NCBI GenBank assembly: GCA_037481835.1
Contig: JBBFKW010000025.1
Coordinates: 1 to 15,479 of the forward strand
Length of the DNA stretch: 15,479 nt
Direction of reading: 5' to 3'
From: Desulfosoma sp.
Lineage (GTDB): Bacteria; Desulfobacterota; Syntrophobacteria; Syntrophobacterales; DSM-9756
A program made the translations under genes and the position numbers. The notes under the pieces were generated by a model, which saw only the letters and a list, made by a program, of their open reading frames with translations, ran no database searches and had not been told where the DNA came from. Below, piece after piece: positions 14,106 through 15,479 of this stretch. Numbering within the stretch: the first letter of the stretch is position 1; each line of letters begins with the position of its first letter.

Positions 14106-15479
14106 TCAACATGTGGCAACGGATCGCGAAGCGGTTCTCGAAAAAACAGCGGCGCAGTCCCGAAGAGGTCGCCGATCTCTTTCGGTTCAAATACAGCCAC
14201 TTCAAAGACCTGCTGCAGTCCAACACAGACCTGGCCCAAGTCATCGCCGACATCACAGAACGGCTTCAGGGCCATGACGTTTTCGGCATGGGTTACGTGC
14301 GAGCCAAGGCCACCATGGCCATGTCCCATGCGGCCAGGATGGTTCGGGCGTTGAACGCCTTGTCCTTCCATCGCTATGCGGCATTGGAAGACGCCCTGGA
14401 AAGGATCCAGAACCATATCCGTGAAGAGCTGGAAGCGGAATCGGAAAAGGCCGGTCGTTGTCCCGACCTGGTCATCCCCCTGGAAAAGGTCCATCGGGGC
14501 ATGGTGGATTGGGTCGGGGGGAAAAGCGCCAATCTGGGGGAAGTGGCCGGCCGGGTGGGGCTCAAGGTGCCTCAGGGTTTTGCCGTGACGACGCGGGCCT
14601 TCGAGCTGTTCATGGATCAGGGAGACCTTCGGGACTGGATACGCAAGCACAAGACCGAAACGGACATGACGTCGCCTGCGGCGGTGCAAGCATTGAGCGA
14701 AACCGTACAGCACCTGATCCTACGCACACCGGTGCCTCGGGAGATCCGGGAGGCTTTGGAGGCGGCGTTCCATGAGATGGAAGCCAAGGCAGCGCAGAGC
14801 CTCGCTTCGGGCCGTCCCCTGCGGGTGGCCATGCGCAGCAGTGCCATTGGGGAAGACAGCGATTTGTCCTTCGCCGGCCAGTACGTGAGCGTGCTCAATG
14901 TGGAGCGGGATCGGCTGGCCGAGACTTACCGGGTCATCGTGGCGAGCCTCTACACGCCGCGGGCTGTTTCCTACCGGTATCAAAAGGGCATCCGGGACGA
15001 GGACACGGCCATGGGGGTTACGGTGTTGGCCATGATCGAATCGGTGGCCGCCGGTGTCGCCTATTCCATGGATCCGCTGCGCCCCAACCCGGATGAGCTG
15101 TTGATTTCCGGCATTTGGGGTCTGGGCCCCTACGCTGTGGAAGGGGTGGTGACGCCGGACATGGTCCGCGTGTCCAAAAAGCCGGGCTTTCCCATCCTGG
15201 AAAAAACGGTGGCCGTGAAACCCGTGAAGCTCGTGCTCAACCCGGACGGCGGGTTGCGGGAAATTCCCGTGCCGGAGGCGGATCGGGCCCGCTTGTGCCT
15301 GGACGACGATGCCGTGCGACGACTGGCCGAGGCGGTGATCCGGTTGGAGGAGCACTTCGGATGTCCCCAGGACGTGGAGTGGGCTTTGGACGGCCGGGGT
15401 GACGTCTACATCCTCCAGAGCCGGCCTTTGCAGATCCTCGGGACTTCGGCCGTGGATGCCCCGCCGGAGCCGGCGGCGG
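14102..15479 (+). CDS. PEP synthase/pyruvate phosphate dikinase-like protein (PEP/pyruvate-binding, PPDK_N domain), runs off the right edge of the window
   Basis: Translated by hand; absent from the ORF track. GGAGG at 14091-14095; ATG 14102 overlaps the TGA of the activator gene. About 120-aa helical N-terminal extension (FRFKYSHFKDLLQSN...), then VGGKSANLGE, VPQGFAVTT, VAMRSSAIGEDSDLSFAGQY, AGVAYSMDP, WGLG..AVEG..TPD, FGCPQDVEWA, ILQSRPL. Confidence 0.92.
   Translation, partial: MINMWQRIAKRFSKKQRRSPEEVADLFRFKYSHFKDLLQSNTDLAQVIADITERLQGHDVFGMGYVRAKATMAMSHAARMVRALNALSFHRYAALEDALERIQNHIREELEAESEKAGRCPDLVIPLEKVHRGMVDWVGGKSANLGEVAGRVGLKVPQGFAVTTRAFELFMDQGDLRDWIRKHKTETDMTSPAAVQALSETVQHLILRTPVPREIREALEAAFHEMEAKAAQSLASGRPLRVAMRSSAIGEDSDLSFAGQYVSVLNVERDRLAETYRVIVASLYTPRAVSYRYQKGIRDEDTAMGVTVLAMIESVAAGVAYSMDPLRPNPDELLISGIWGLGPYAVEGVVTPDMVRVSKKPGFPILEKTVAVKPVKLVLNPDGGLREIPVPEADRARLCLDDDAVRRLAEAVIRLEEHFGCPQDVEWALDGRGDVYILQSRPLQILGTSAVDAPPEPAA

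Noticed and set aside
12324..15355. Several 200-340 aa ORFs overlapping the activator and PEP-synthase-like genes
   Set aside because: Antisense or alternate-frame shadows with Arg/Gly/Pro-rich composition and no motifs.
1..15479. CRISPR array, tRNA/rRNA, IS elements, frameshifted pseudogenes
   Set aside because: No regularly spaced direct repeats, cloverleaf or rRNA-like sequence, transposase motifs or terminal repeats were seen. All called genes read through in one frame.

Overview
GC-rich (roughly 60-63% by eye) bacterial DNA. Gene content suggests a sulfate-reducing or syntrophic Desulfobacterota member, possibly Syntrophobacteraceae-like (inference). The window is dense in signalling genes and has three blocks. 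(1) Left: a minus-strand cytoplasmic hybrid histidine kinase (PAS-GAF-PAS-HisKA-HATPase-REC) that runs off the left edge and is missing from the ORF track. It is divergent from a plus-strand unit encoding a stand-alone cNMP-binding protein, a membrane Cache-type histidine kinase and a single-domain response regulator. (2) Centre: an 8-gene minus-strand operon encoding a small DVU0150-like membrane protein, a TSUP (TauE/SafE) transporter, a secreted small protein, a 2-TM microprotein, a membrane protein with periplasmic and cytoplasmic domains, a CBS protein, a DUF47 (PhoU-like) protein and a PiT-family permease lacking both signature aspartates. (3) Right, divergent: a membrane-anchored one-component sigma54 activator (sensor-HAMP-AAA+ with GAFSEA, winged helix) translationally coupled to a PEP-synthase-like gene that runs off the right edge and is also missing from the ORF track. 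Candidate sigma54 -24/-12 promoters precede both plus-strand units and the central operon. The central operon has a long, structured, GGA-rich leader. Best candidate for an uncharacterised system: a sigma54-controlled, multi-subunit oxyanion (probably sulfur) transport module with its own periplasmic-sensing activator. No RNA genes, CRISPR arrays or mobile elements were seen.
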